A stretch of DNA of 64,000 bases from an uncultured Methanolobus sp. Its GTDB lineage: Archaea; Halobacteriota; Methanosarcinia; Methanosarcinales; Methanosarcinaceae. Within the stretch, counting starts at the first letter, position 1; every line of letters begins with the position of its first letter. This document shows, one piece after another, positions 10,884-21,682 of this stretch. Location: positions 416,001-480,000 of the forward strand of contig OY776215.1 of assembly GCA_963675495.1 (NCBI GenBank), read 5' to 3'. The position numbers and the translations under genes are program-made. The notes beneath the pieces are model-generated. The model was not told the DNA's origin and ran no database searches. It saw only the letters and a list, made by a program, of their open reading frames with translations.

Positions 10884-13673
10884 ATGAACAACAAAGTTCA
10901 AAACAGAATATTGTTGATGTCTATTTTTATGTTAACTAGCATACTGCTGTTCCATATATACATAGTCGAAACAGAAAATAAAATTGCATGGTTCGCCTTC
11001 CTTTCACTACTGATTTGTTCTTTTATAGTTCACAACATGAAAGTAAAAGGGTTAGAACGGAAACTCGAAATAGAGACACGAAAAAACAAAGATTCTCATG
11101 AAGTACTTGTAAGTAAATACAGGATTGAAAGCACGTTATCACAAATATCTTCCATGCTTGCTTTTTCAGATAACCTTGACGGGAAGATAGAAGAATCACT
11201 TTCACTGCTTGGAGAATTATGCAATGCAGACCGTGCCTACGTATTCAAACAACAGCTAAACTCTGAATTTATTGATAACACACATGAATGGTGCGCCAGC
11301 GGAGTAAAACCACAAAAAGACATACTTCAGAATCTTTCGGTGTCATTGTACTTGTGGTGGATGACTAAACTCAGCAATGGTGAAGCGATCCATATCAGTG
11401 ACTTGAATGAGCTTCCACCTGAAGCAAAAGCTGAAAGAACACTACTTGAAGAACAGGACATTAAATCACTTATTGTTTTGCCTTTTAAAATTGAAGGTGA
11501 ACTTGCAGGTTTTATTGGTTTTGATAATGTAAAGGAATCAGGGGAATGGGACAAAAAAGATATTGATACACTTAAAACATTTACAAATATATTAGGAATT
11601 GCCCTTCAAAAAAGAGCTGTATCTGAAGATCTTTGTCTGGAAAGAAAACAATTACTATCAGTTTTTGACAGTATCGAAGATTCGATCTATGTTTCTGACC
11701 CATTCACTCATGAAATACTCTATGTCAATAAATTCCTGAATGAAATACTTGATGAAAAGCCGGTTGGTAAGAAGTGTTATAAAATACTTCAGGGACTTGA
11801 AAAGCCATGTGATTTCTGCACAAACCCGATAATACTTGAAAATAAGAACAAGTCACATCAATGGGAATATCAGAACCCCCTTACGTGCAGAGATTACATC
11901 ATTTTTGACAGAATCATTAAATGGCCGGACGGACGTGATGTACGTTTGGAACTGGCCCACGACATCACAAAAATAAGAGATGCTGAAAAAGCTCTAAAAG
12001 AAAATGAAGAAAATTTTGAGATAATTATTGATAATTCTCCTTTGCCAATAGCCATAATGGATTCAAATGAATGTTTTAAGTACGCAAATAAAAGACTGAC
12101 AGAAATGCTGGGATATACAATGAAAGACATACCTACCATAAAGATGTGGTGGGAAACTGCGTATCCTGATCCTGAATACCGGAGAACTATTCTTAGCGAT
12201 TGGGAAAAAATTTCCGATAATAAGGAAACCGGTTGGGGTGGTGAATGGGTTGTAACTTGTAAAGATGGAACTGAAAGACAGATTGCGTTCTACTTTACAA
12301 GAACAGACACCAGCACTATTTTTATCCTCAATGACCTTACCAACCTTAAAAAAGCTGAAGAAGCTTTATTAATTGATGAATCATGTCTTGAAACTCTGCA
12401 TGAACTAAGCCAGATGAACATTTTTTCAATTGATAAGATCAAATCTTTCGCACTTGAGGAAGGAATTAAACTAACACAAAGCAAGATGGGTATGGTTGTA
12501 TTTTTTGACGAAAATAATCAAAAATTTACTACAGATACATACCCTGAAGATATATTGTTCCTGAACAACATCAACAAAGAAATATTCGTTTCTTTGCTTG
12601 AAAGTACAGGTTTCTTGCCAATGTTGCTTGAAACGAAAAAACCATTTATATTAAACAGGTCCTCACACGACATTGATTCACCGGAATTTACATTATGTAG
12701 AAAGCTTTCAATTGAGTCTTACCTTACCGTACCAATACTTAATGAAAATGAAGTCGTGGGATTTGCAGCCGTTGCAAATAAGGAAGGGGAATACACAGCT
12801 TCTGATCTCAGACAGTTTGTCCTTATTACTCAGATGATGGGCAGAATGATATTACTCAAAAGGTCAGAAGATGAACTTAAAACATACAATCAGAAACTCA
12901 GGGATATAAATTCTAAACTTAGCAAGGCAAATGATGAACTACATTCCCTCGATGAACTTAAGAGTAATTTTCTTTCGACTATGAGTCATGAGCTCAAGAC
13001 TCCGCTCATTTCCATAATGGGATTCAGTGAACTGGTCACAGATGAAAGCCTGGGTCCACTCAATAAAGAACAAAAGAAAGCAATGAATGTAGTTAACAGT
13101 AATTCCAGACAATTGAAACGTTTGATAGAGTCATTACTTTTCATGAGTGCACTGGAGCCTAAAAATTATATTTACGATTTTAGTAACGTTCCTGTTAAAC
13201 CAATTATAGAGAAGGCACTTTCAGTTATTTCTGTGGAAAACACGGATAAGGACATCATTGTAGAGAACAGGTTACCTGATGAAATGTATCTGGTTAATGG
13301 TGATTCGAACTACCTTAGCGAATTATTCATCCACCTGATAGATAATGCTTTCAAATTCACACCATCGGAAGGGAGAATCTCAATTTACGGCTCAAAGAAG
13401 AAAAGCAACATGCACATTGTTATAGAAGACTCAGGAATAGGAATACCACAAACCAAGGTAATGAAAACCTTTGATAGTTTTTATCAGCTTGACGGCTCCC
13501 TGTCCCGTAAATACGGTGGAGCAGGTATTGGATTGAACATATGTAAAAGAATAGTTGAGGACCATTGTGGAAAATTGTGGATAGAGAGTATGGAAAATGT
13601 GGGAACAAAAGTGCATATCACACTTCCCGTACTAACAAAGGCATCATTACCTAGCCCTTTAGAATCATCATAG
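10884..13673 (+). CDS. Membrane sensor histidine kinase (2 TM, GAF, PAS, PAS, GAF, HisKA, HATPase)
   Basis: H-box 'MSHELKTPL', N-box 'LIDNAFKFT', 'DSGIGI', 'GGAGIGL'. Confidence 0.92.
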   Translation: MNNKVQNRILLMSIFMLTSILLFHIYIVETENKIAWFAFLSLLICSFIVHNMKVKGLERKLEIETRKNKDSHEVLVSKYRIESTLSQISSMLAFSDNLDGKIEESLSLLGELCNADRAYVFKQQLNSEFIDNTHEWCASGVKPQKDILQNLSVSLYLWWMTKLSNGEAIHISDLNELPPEAKAERTLLEEQDIKSLIVLPFKIEGELAGFIGFDNVKESGEWDKKDIDTLKTFTNILGIALQKRAVSEDLCLERKQLLSVFDSIEDSIYVSDPFTHEILYVNKFLNEILDEKPVGKKCYKILQGLEKPCDFCTNPIILENKNKSHQWEYQNPLTCRDYIIFDRIIKWPDGRDVRLELAHDITKIRDAEKALKENEENFEIIIDNSPLPIAIMDSNECFKYANKRLTEMLGYTMKDIPTIKMWWETAYPDPEYRRTILSDWEKISDNKETGWGGEWVVTCKDGTERQIAFYFTRTDTSTIFILNDLTNLKKAEEALLIDESCLETLHELSQMNIFSIDKIKSFALEEGIKLTQSKMGMVVFFDENNQKFTTDTYPEDILFLNNINKEIFVSLLESTGFLPMLLETKKPFILNRSSHDIDSPEFTLCRKLSIESYLTVPILNENEVVGFAAVANKEGEYTASDLRQFVLITQMMGRMILLKRSEDELKTYNQKLRDINSKLSKANDELHSLDELKSNFLSTMSHELKTPLISIMGFSELVTDESLGPLNKEQKKAMNVVNSNSRQLKRLIESLLFMSALEPKNYIYDFSNVPVKPIIEKALSVISVENTDKDIIVENRLPDEMYLVNGDSNYLSELFIHLIDNAFKFTPSEGRISIYGSKKKSNMHIVIEDSGIGIPQTKVMKTFDSFYQLDGSLSRKYGGAGIGLNICKRIVEDHCGKLWIESMENVGTKVHITLPVLTKASLPSPLESS

Positions 13674-15585
13674 GATTTCCTATACCCACAATAATTACCT
13701 TTGTCTCCAGAGGAGGATGGGACCAGTTTTCAGGTGAAACGGTCTTTTTGGAAACCGTGATCTTTGTATCTTCTTTTAGTATACCACACCGCATCTCGTA
13801 ATCCAGCACAAGTTCAGTTCCAATTTTGGTTGCAAACTCAACTGCATCAGCGTATCTCTGGAAACGTTCCCTGCCAACCGGAGAGAAAAGCAGGAAATCC
13901 TCGTCCGGATTCTCAATGGAAGCCGGCATAATAGATATCTCGATTCTCTTCACGCCTTTACCTGCAAGAGCACCAACCGCATTCCCAACATCTGCAAACT
14001 CAGGAACCGCCACATCTGCTTCGATGAGGGATCTAAGTTCACTGTCGTATGCCTGCGCAGGACCTCCCAGCAATACTACTGGTAACTCTACCTTGAATTT
14101 TGCAGGATATTCATGACTCAGCAGGTCTGCTATCATTTCATCCGGGTGGTGTGGCAGTATATAAGACATAAGATCAGCTGCTATGTTCTTCGCTACAAAT
14201 TGCCTCACATAGGTACAGAAATCATATTTACCCTTCTGAACATATCTTGAGAGATTAAGTGCCCCGATCTCCGCAGCATTCACATCCCATTTAGTGTATA
14301 TACCAAGAACATGCAGTGCATCGGTCGGGGTGAAACCAATTCCCTGTATAAGACGCTTTTTTACAAGTGAATCGAGTACTTTTGTGGAAGTGTTCCTGTT
14401 CATTACATCTGACATCTCAAGTGCTGAAACAGGCTCTGATCCCATAAGGTCGAGCACTGTTTTTTCATTATCATCAATATCAGAAGCTTCGTAGCCGGTC
14501 CTAACAAAGAATTTGGTAGGCTGGAAATTCTCATCCATGATGCTTCTTGAAATAATCCTGCTCCTTTTGAGTTTGTTAACAAGATCAGGATATGTCTTTG
14601 ATGCAACACAAAGTGGAATCACTCTTCGGGGACCAATTTGCACCCTCTCACCCGTGACCCAGATATGACTATCTCCCCCGGTTGCAGATGTTTCCATTTT
14701 CATAGCCCTGACACGGGTCTTCCAGCCTCCGACAACAGCTCCTGATGTACTTATTTCAGGTACGCCATTGTACAGCATGGAAACATCGGTACTGGTTCCA
14801 CCGATATCAATTACTGCACATGTGTCCATCTTTGAGAGATAAGAGGCGCCAAGAAGACTTGCAGCCGGCCCGGAGAAAATAGTTTCTATCGGTCGTTCCA
14901 GAGCATCTTCGATATTATAAACAGAACCATCACACTTAAGCATCAGAAGGCGGGCATTGATACCTCGTGTACGGATATCCCTTATAACCGAATTAACGAA
15001 CTGGTATGTGATAGGTATCAACTGCGCATTCAGTACAGCAGTCACAGCTCGCTCATAAGCACCCAGTTCCTGGGAGAGTTCATATCCACAAACAACCGGC
15101 ATTCCTGTCATTTTTGTGATGAGCTCTTTTACCTTTATCTCATGTTCAGGATTACGAACACCGAAATAAGCTGAAACGGCATATGCTGAAACCTTTGTCT
15201 TTGTATTGAGAATAAATTCCTCTATCAAAGGAAGATCGAGTTCACAGGCTTCATCACCTCTGGTGTCATGACCACCTGAAGCACATAGAATATGCTGCGA
15301 GGGAAATTCTGTTTGTGCTGGCTCCTCTCCTACGATTATAAGGCCAACGTTTGTTCCCGTACCTTCAAGAAGAGAATTGGTTGAAAGAGTGGTCGAAACG
15401 GATACCAGATTCACATCCTTAAGAAGTACCTGGTCAAGTGAATCAAGAACGTTCTTTATACCTTTCTGCAGATCAGGATACGTTGTGAAAGCCTTTTTTG
15501 AATCCACAATAGCTCCATCTGAACCTCTGACAAGTACTGCATCCGTATAAGTTCCACCAGCATCGATACCAAGTCCAAAGTGCAC
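13651..15585 (-). CDS. Hydantoinase/oxoprolinase family protein
   Basis: 'GIDAGGTYTDAV', 'STTLSTN', 'SGPAAS', 'DIGGTSTD', 'FTPTDALHVLG', 'VGNAVGA'. Confidence 0.9.
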   Translation of the reverse strand: MHFGLGIDAGGTYTDAVLVRGSDGAIVDSKKAFTTYPDLQKGIKNVLDSLDQVLLKDVNLVSVSTTLSTNSLLEGTGTNVGLIIVGEEPAQTEFPSQHILCASGGHDTRGDEACELDLPLIEEFILNTKTKVSAYAVSAYFGVRNPEHEIKVKELITKMTGMPVVCGYELSQELGAYERAVTAVLNAQLIPITYQFVNSVIRDIRTRGINARLLMLKCDGSVYNIEDALERPIETIFSGPAASLLGASYLSKMDTCAVIDIGGTSTDVSMLYNGVPEISTSGAVVGGWKTRVRAMKMETSATGGDSHIWVTGERVQIGPRRVIPLCVASKTYPDLVNKLKRSRIISRSIMDENFQPTKFFVRTGYEASDIDDNEKTVLDLMGSEPVSALEMSDVMNRNTSTKVLDSLVKKRLIQGIGFTPTDALHVLGIYTKWDVNAAEIGALNLSRYVQKGKYDFCTYVRQFVAKNIAADLMSYILPHHPDEMIADLLSHEYPAKFKVELPVVLLGGPAQAYDSELRSLIEADVAVPEFADVGNAVGALAGKGVKRIEISIMPASIENPDEDFLLFSPVGRERFQRYADAVEFATKIGTELVLDYEMRCGILKEDTKITVSKKTVSPENWSHPPLETKVIIVGIGNPMMILKG

Positions 15586-15707
15586 TAATGATCACCTGTT
15601 TTAACATAAATTGAATTGCTTTTTTATACAATGCTCCTGTAATATTTAAGTATAATTGTTTCAATAAATTTTTAAATACATTTTACATTTTATTAACTTG
15701 GAGAGGG

Positions 15708-16010
15708 ATGAAAATGCGGGTCACGAATGTGGAGAAAGTTCTTCCATGCATAGCAGATCCATGGAAACTGAGAATCATAGCACATCTTGATGAAAGTCCA
15801 GACCTTCCTTTGATAGCAAAATATCTTGATGGTAAATATTCAGAGAATCTGGGTATGGTAGTAGTAAAAAACGGCATTAGAGAAATGAATTTTTTCCAAA
15901 ATGGGTAGGTCACAGTTAGAATGGTCGATTCTGAAGATGAGGCTATTGATTTTGTAAATGGAAGCCTGACAATGGCTTATCACAAAGCAATGCTTTCTGA
16001 GGACTTTTAG
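15708..16010 (+). CDS. Small conserved-looking protein with internal in-frame TAG at 15906-15908 (pyrrolysine read-through candidate or nonsense pseudogene)
   Basis: GGAGAGGG RBS; MKMRVTNVEKVLPCIADPWKLRIIAHLD...FFQNG-TAG-VTVRMVDSEDEAIDFVNGSLTMAYHKAMLSEDF-TAG. 'PCIADP.K.R' resembles the N-terminal domain of archaeal (Fe-S)-binding/metal-regulator proteins. Confidence 0.7.
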
Positions 16011-16148
16011 ACAAAATTTTTTCCATAAACATCTTGCAACATGCACCTATTCCGTGCCATGGCCCTCTCCAGCCTGAAAGTATCCCTGCACAGCTATATA
16101 AAGAAGTAGGAACAAATTTCAAAGGTATAAATAGGGGGGAGCAAGGTC

Positions 16149-16268
16149 ATGATAGCTAAATACTCTTTGTTAAGAGAGACCTGCAGGATAACCATGAAAC
16201 GATCAATCACGGATAATCATAACCTGCAGAAGAGTATCGATGAGATAATCAACGCCAGCCTGGAGTGA
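16149..16268 (+). pseudogene. C-terminal remnant of a CbbQ/NirQ/NorQ-type AAA+ ATPase
   Basis: MIAKYSLLRETCRITMKRSITDNHNLQKSIDEIINASLE* resembles the CbbQ_C tail (..REAC...ITDD..LQ.SI.EII); ends 9 nt before a NorD/CbbO-like gene. Confidence 0.6.
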
Positions 16269-16277
16269 AAAGAAATC

Positions 16278-18623
16278 TTGTCAAGAAATACCTCAAAACA
16301 TACAGATCTCACAGAAGAAGAAAAAGAACTGATCAAACTTATAGAATCCCGGTTCTCTGGAAGCACTTATCACCTGAATTTCCTCAGTGTTCTGAAAAAG
16401 AGCAGCTCATTATATCATGGTGAACTTCTCAGAACTGCCCGTATGTTGCTTGATAAAGACCAGATGCTTGCAGAAGTTTTCTTTAAGAACTTTCCAGATG
16501 CAGCAGAGAATACCGAGCCTGAAGAGATAAGAAAATGGGTCGGTATAGGAATAAAGATATTTGCTCAGGATAAGGATCTGGCAATTGACTATTTTTCCTA
16601 TTCATCTCCACTCTTAAAGGATCTGGATGTCAGCGAACTGGAAGAGTGGGCTCTGAATGGAATATGTGTCTTTGAAGAGAATCCATCCCTTGGAAGAAAC
16701 TATTTTTCCCTGAGATCTAAAGACTCAAAGGATTTCATTGAAGGACTTATCGGGTCTGCAGCACTCAGTGAGATCGTAAACATCCTCAGGTACTATGCAC
16801 TTGGATTGTCAGGTGTCAATTTTAACATCCTTTCCCGAAGGATGTTGCAGACAGAGGAAGAAAACAATACTATAAATCCTGTGATCGGAGGCAAGACAAT
16901 TTACCTTGCACCCAAAATCAATAAATGCGCAGATTTTGAAGATAACTTCAAGATATACAAACTGAGCATAATGCATGAAGTTGGTCATGCAAAGTTCAGT
17001 TCTCACAAAATAAAACTCGAGGAAGCAGCAGGACTGATGGCAGATATCAGAAGAAGATACACGACCATAAAGAAAAGAACATCTCTGTCAGGAATGCAAC
17101 CTGAGGGTATCCTTGATATCGCTGATGTCATAGCTCTGTTTCCCAACAAAGTACTGGCAGGAACAATACTCGGTGTTCTGGAAGATGCAAGGGTCGAATA
17201 CAGGATAATAGATAACTACAAAGGTGTTCGTTCGGACCTTGAGAGAATAAGATACCAAATGCTTCTGACAAGATCTGCCCCAAAAGGTAAACTTGAGGAG
17301 TTCATGGAATCACTGTTATGGGTCTCGACAGGACATGAACCTGTTTACAATATCGGAAAGGCGACAAAGAGTCTTCTGGACCAGGCAAGTACTCTGCTAA
17401 ATGATGTTATATTTCAGGAAAGTTCATCTATCCTTGATTCCCTTGATACGACCTTCAGGATATACACCGTGCTTGATGAAAAGCTGGGTCCGTTGAGTCA
17501 AACAGAGTACGAGGTACTGAAAAATCTCGATTACCGTGGAGTGAGTATCGAAGTATATGCCATGAAGGACCCTCTTTCTTCCAGATCGCATGAGGATCTT
17601 ATCAAGAATTTCATTCCCGTAACTGAAGTGGAACTGATAGCAGAGGATGAAAGTCCAAAAGAAGAAAAGGCAAAACTTCAGTCAACCTATGCTACGACCA
17701 AGAACTGGAAGATACTTGGCAGTTACATGTATAACGAATGGGATGCCATGATCAATGACTACAAAGCGGACTGGTGTACGGTCAACGAAGTTGAGCCTTT
17801 TGGCATGTCCAGTGATTACTACAAGAATGCATCAGAACAGTACAGGAACGAGATAGCCCGGATCAAGCAAGTATTCAACAGGATGAAGCCGGAAACATTC
17901 CGCAGGATGAAGGAACAGACTGACGGAACTGAGATTGATATCGATGCCTTCATCGATGCCCTGATACAGAAAAGATGCGGGATAAATCCTGATGAAGGAC
18001 TCTACCTCAGATGGGACAAACATGAAAGAGATGTAGCAACTCTTTTCCTCCTGGATGTCAGTTATTCCACGCATAAAATGGTGAACTATGAGGGAAAGAG
18101 CATACTTGATGTCGAAAAAGACTCACTGATCATTATGACACATGCCCTTGAAAGCATAGGTGACAAGTATGCCATCTATGCATTTTCCGGCCAGTCCAGA
18201 GATGACGTTGAGTACTTTGTCATAAAGGAATTCGATGAGGAACTATCGGAAAACGTTGCACGAAGGATAAGTCTGCTGGAACCGGTATCCAACACAAGGC
18301 TGGGACCTGCCATCCGCCATTCGATCAGGAAACTTGACAAGGTAGATGCAAAAACAAAGATACTGGTACTGCTCTCTGATGGTGAACCCTTTGATACCTC
18401 CCGGGGAGAAAGCGCATACAAAGAAAGGATTGCTGAAGAAGATACAAGAATAGCGATAGGAGAAGGGAATTCCAGAGGAATACATTTCTTCTGCATAACC
18501 GTGGATTCTATTCCCGGTAAATATCTTGATAATATTTTCTCAGGTGTAGGATACACGATAATAGATGATGCCAGTTCCCTTCCGGAAACTCTTCCGGGCT
18601 TGTACAAGAGGATAACTACCTGA
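16278..18623 (+). CDS. NorD/CbbO-type von Willebrand A domain protein
   Basis: 'HEVGH', 'LEDARVE', 'YNEWD..INDYKADWCTVNE', 'DGTEIDIDA', MIDAS 'LLDVSYST', 'TRLGPAIRH', 'LLSDGEPFD'. Confidence 0.88.
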   Translation: MSRNTSKHTDLTEEEKELIKLIESRFSGSTYHLNFLSVLKKSSSLYHGELLRTARMLLDKDQMLAEVFFKNFPDAAENTEPEEIRKWVGIGIKIFAQDKDLAIDYFSYSSPLLKDLDVSELEEWALNGICVFEENPSLGRNYFSLRSKDSKDFIEGLIGSAALSEIVNILRYYALGLSGVNFNILSRRMLQTEEENNTINPVIGGKTIYLAPKINKCADFEDNFKIYKLSIMHEVGHAKFSSHKIKLEEAAGLMADIRRRYTTIKKRTSLSGMQPEGILDIADVIALFPNKVLAGTILGVLEDARVEYRIIDNYKGVRSDLERIRYQMLLTRSAPKGKLEEFMESLLWVSTGHEPVYNIGKATKSLLDQASTLLNDVIFQESSSILDSLDTTFRIYTVLDEKLGPLSQTEYEVLKNLDYRGVSIEVYAMKDPLSSRSHEDLIKNFIPVTEVELIAEDESPKEEKAKLQSTYATTKNWKILGSYMYNEWDAMINDYKADWCTVNEVEPFGMSSDYYKNASEQYRNEIARIKQVFNRMKPETFRRMKEQTDGTEIDIDAFIDALIQKRCGINPDEGLYLRWDKHERDVATLFLLDVSYSTHKMVNYEGKSILDVEKDSLIIMTHALESIGDKYAIYAFSGQSRDDVEYFVIKEFDEELSENVARRISLLEPVSNTRLGPAIRHSIRKLDKVDAKTKILVLLSDGEPFDTSRGESAYKERIAEEDTRIAIGEGNSRGIHFFCITVDSIPGKYLDNIFSGVGYTIIDDASSLPETLPGLYKRITT

Positions 18624-18963
18624 TTCTTCAGTATACTGGTGCAGTGTTATCTATTAAAACATTACTAATTATTACAATAATAGTTCAAAAACATTTTTGA
18701 CTTGGGTTTTTCAGTTTCGTTTGATGATATTCCTGTAAACTCACCATAATGCTTACGTGACATCAAAGAACCCATTTTATTGCCACCGGAAGGATTGATC
18801 AAAGCGAACAATTTAATAACAGCCGTGTTGTTTTTTATTTCATTAACGTTCATAAGCTTCCTTCCATATTATGCTAAAATACTGCGATAAGGTAAACGTT
18901 ATAACTGAAAATACCATAAGCATTAGAACACGATTTTGACAAGAACAATAAGAGGAATACACA

Positions 18964-19542
18964 ATGTCAGAAAAGAACCTATTAGGTACCAAGATACGCC
19001 AGATACGTGAAATGCAGAAAATGTCTGTGGAAGAGCTGGCAGACAGTAGCAATACAAACAGTGAACTCATCGAACAACTTGAAAATGGCGCTCTTGTTCC
19101 TTCATTAACTCCCCTTATGCAGATCGCAAGGGCTCTTGGCGTTCGTCTGGGCACTTTCCTTGATGATGCTCCCCATAACGAACCTGTGCTTACCAAAAGT
19201 GGTGCTTCAAAAAATATTGTTAAGTTCTCCGGTAACTGCGACACATGTGAAAAAAGCACACTCGACTTCTTTTCACTTGCCAGTGACAAGGCTGACAGAC
19301 ATATGGAACCATTTATGATCGATGTTCATCCTCCTGGAACAGGAAAAGCAAAACAATCTTCACATGAAGGGGAAGAGTTCATTTATGTACTCAGTGGTCA
19401 GATAGAGATCCTTTATGGCAAGAATAGCTTCAAACTCTCAAGCGGCGACAGCATCTATTACGATTCCATAGTTCCTCACCATGTCCATGCAATTGGCAGT
19501 GAAGATGCAAAGATACTTGCAGTAGTATACGCTCCTTACTAA
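18964..19542 (+). CDS. XRE-family HTH + cupin transcriptional regulator
   Basis: N-terminal HTH; cupin '[14 protein letters not shown]...[12 protein letters not shown]'. Confidence 0.92.
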   Translation: MSEKNLLGTKIRQIREMQKMSVEELADSSNTNSELIEQLENGALVPSLTPLMQIARALGVRLGTFLDDAPHNEPVLTKSGASKNIVKFSGNCDTCEKSTLDFFSLASDKADRHMEPFMIDVHPPGTGKAKQSSHEGEEFIYVLSGQIEILYGKNSFKLSSGDSIYYDSIVPHHVHAIGSEDAKILAVVYAPY

Positions 19543-19556
19543 TCTAAAAGATCAAT

Positions 19557-19973
19557 ATGTTCAAAACAACTGTTACTCCCAGATTCGGTGATATTGACGG
19601 ATTGAAACACGCTAATAATATTGCCATCGCCATATGGTTCGAACAGGCACGTAATCCTGTATTCAGACTGTTCACCCCTGACCTTGACCTGAGCTATGAG
19701 AACTGGAAACTTATCATGGCAAGGACGGAATATAATTACGTAGGCGAAATGTTCTACGGAGCAGATGTCGATATACTCACCTACATATCAAGAATAGGAA
19801 ACTCATCATTCACAGTAACCCAGGAAGCATGGCAAAACGGGAAAATAGGTGCAATAGGCAGATCAACAATCGTTCACTACGATTTTATCAATAAGAGATC
19901 TGTTCCCATACCTGATGATATAAGAAAAGAACTTGAAGAGCACCTGCAGGAAGAAAGTGATAGTTGTAAATGA
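19557..19973 (+). CDS. Acyl-CoA thioesterase (4HBT/YbgC hotdog fold)
   Basis: '[14 protein letters not shown]...WFEQAR', 'IGNSSF'. Confidence 0.88.
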   Translation: MFKTTVTPRFGDIDGLKHANNIAIAIWFEQARNPVFRLFTPDLDLSYENWKLIMARTEYNYVGEMFYGADVDILTYISRIGNSSFTVTQEAWQNGKIGAIGRSTIVHYDFINKRSVPIPDDIRKELEEHLQEESDSCK

Positions 19974-19992
19974 TATCAATGGAGACATAATT

Positions 19993-21639
19993 ATGCCTTT
20001 TACAAATGATACAATTGGTGGATTTTTCGAGAAACAGGTCATGAAGGACCCGAACAGGGAGTTTATGATCTATCCCGACAGGGACCTGAGATTTACCTAT
20101 AAAGAATTCGACGAACGTGTCAACATGCTGGCCAAGGGTCTGCTAGAGCTCGGTATAAGTAAAGAAGATAAAGTTGGCATATGGGCAACAAACGTACCTG
20201 ACTGGCTTACCTTCATGTTCGCAACAGCAAAGATCGGTGCTGTTCTCGTCACAGTCAATACCGCATACAAAAGCCATGAAGTAGAGTATTTAATGAAACA
20301 GGCTGACCTGAAAGCCATTGCTATCATTGACGGTTTCAGGGATGTGAGTTATATTGATACGATCAATGAGCTTGTTCCTGAACTAAAGACACAGAGCCGT
20401 GGAAACCTTAAGAGCGAGAAATTCCCTTGCCTGGAGAGCGTTATTTTTATCGGTCAGGAGAAACACAGGGGAATGTACAGCACCCGTGAGCTATTCCTTC
20501 TGGGAAAACATGGCAACGATGAAGAGATCCATAAGATAATGGAAACACTAGATACACATGATGTAATTAATATGCAGTATACATCAGGAACAACAGGTTT
20601 CCCTAAAGGTGTAATGCTAACCCACTACAACATCCTCAACAACGGATACTACATCGGAGAAAAGCAAAAATTCACTGAAGAGGATAGACTCTGTCTGCCA
20701 GTACCACTTTTCCATTGTTTTGGAATCGTACTCGGTGTACTTGCAACCCTAACCCATGGTGGTACACTTGTAATCATCGAGTTGTTCGACCCGCTCAGGG
20801 TACTGGCTGCTGTCCAGAAAGAAAAATGTACAGCCCTTTACGGTGTGCCGACAATGTTCATTGCGGAGTTCAGCCACCCGATGTTCAAAATGTTCGACCT
20901 TTCATCACTAAGAACAGGTATCATGGCAGGTTCACCATGCCCTATTGAGGCAATGAAACGTGTTATCAATGACATGAACTGCAAGGATATTACCATTGCC
21001 TACGGACTTACAGAAGCATCACCTGTATTCACCCAGACCAGTACGGATGATCCTATAGAAAGACGTGTCAGTACGGTAGGAACTTCCTTACCTGAGATAG
21101 AGGTCAAGATAGTCGATCCGGAAACCGGAGAAACTGTGGGACCGGATGTTCAGGGTGAAATATGCTGCCGTGGTTACAATGTTATGAAAGGATACTACAA
21201 GATGCCTGAAATGACAGAGATTGCAATTGACAAGGAAGGATGGCTGCACAGCGGAGATCTTGCAACTGTTGATGAAGCCGGATACTACCGCATCACCGGT
21301 CGCATAAAGGATATGATAATCCGTGGCGGTGAGAACATCTATCCAAGGGAGATAGAAGAATTCCTTTTCACTGTGCCAGGTGTAAAGAGTGCACAGGTCG
21401 TGGGTATACCTGATGAGAAATACGGTGAGATAGTGGGAGCCTTTGTGGTTCCAGAGGACGGAAAAGAACTCACCGAAGAAGATGTCAGGGATTATAGTCT
21501 TTCAAAGATAGCACGCTACAAGGTTCCAAAACATGTTTTCTTCGTGGAAGATTATCCACTTACTGCAAGCGGAAAAGTCCAGAAGTTCAAACTCAGGGAC
21601 CTGGCAGTTGAGCTACTGAAAAAAGAAAATGAAGAATAA
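19993..21639 (+). CDS. AMP-dependent acyl-CoA synthetase
   Basis: '[11 protein letters not shown]', 'AYGLTE', 'GWLHSGDL', '[16 protein letters not shown]', 'SGKVQK'. Confidence 0.93.
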   Translation: MPFTNDTIGGFFEKQVMKDPNREFMIYPDRDLRFTYKEFDERVNMLAKGLLELGISKEDKVGIWATNVPDWLTFMFATAKIGAVLVTVNTAYKSHEVEYLMKQADLKAIAIIDGFRDVSYIDTINELVPELKTQSRGNLKSEKFPCLESVIFIGQEKHRGMYSTRELFLLGKHGNDEEIHKIMETLDTHDVINMQYTSGTTGFPKGVMLTHYNILNNGYYIGEKQKFTEEDRLCLPVPLFHCFGIVLGVLATLTHGGTLVIIELFDPLRVLAAVQKEKCTALYGVPTMFIAEFSHPMFKMFDLSSLRTGIMAGSPCPIEAMKRVINDMNCKDITIAYGLTEASPVFTQTSTDDPIERRVSTVGTSLPEIEVKIVDPETGETVGPDVQGEICCRGYNVMKGYYKMPEMTEIAIDKEGWLHSGDLATVDEAGYYRITGRIKDMIIRGGENIYPREIEEFLFTVPGVKSAQVVGIPDEKYGEIVGAFVVPEDGKELTEEDVRDYSLSKIARYKVPKHVFFVEDYPLTASGKVQKFKLRDLAVELLKKENEE

Positions 21640-21657
21640 ATCTTGAAAAATAGACTC

Positions 21658-21682
21658 AGATGATGTGACTATCACATCATCT
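21658..21682. terminator. 11-bp perfect inverted repeat between convergent genes
   Basis: AGATGATGTGA-CTA-TCACATCATCT followed by a T-rich run. Confidence 0.55.

Noticed and set aside
13651-13673. Pyrrolysine read-through at terminal TAG codons of the kinase, hydantoinase, nitroreductase, PaaI and peptidase genes
   Set aside because: Each protein appears complete at the TAG, and a TAA/TGA follows within 5-11 codons
18665-18853. 62-aa minus-strand ORF between the VWA gene and the regulator
   Set aside because: No recognisable motif or hydrophobic segment; cannot be supported
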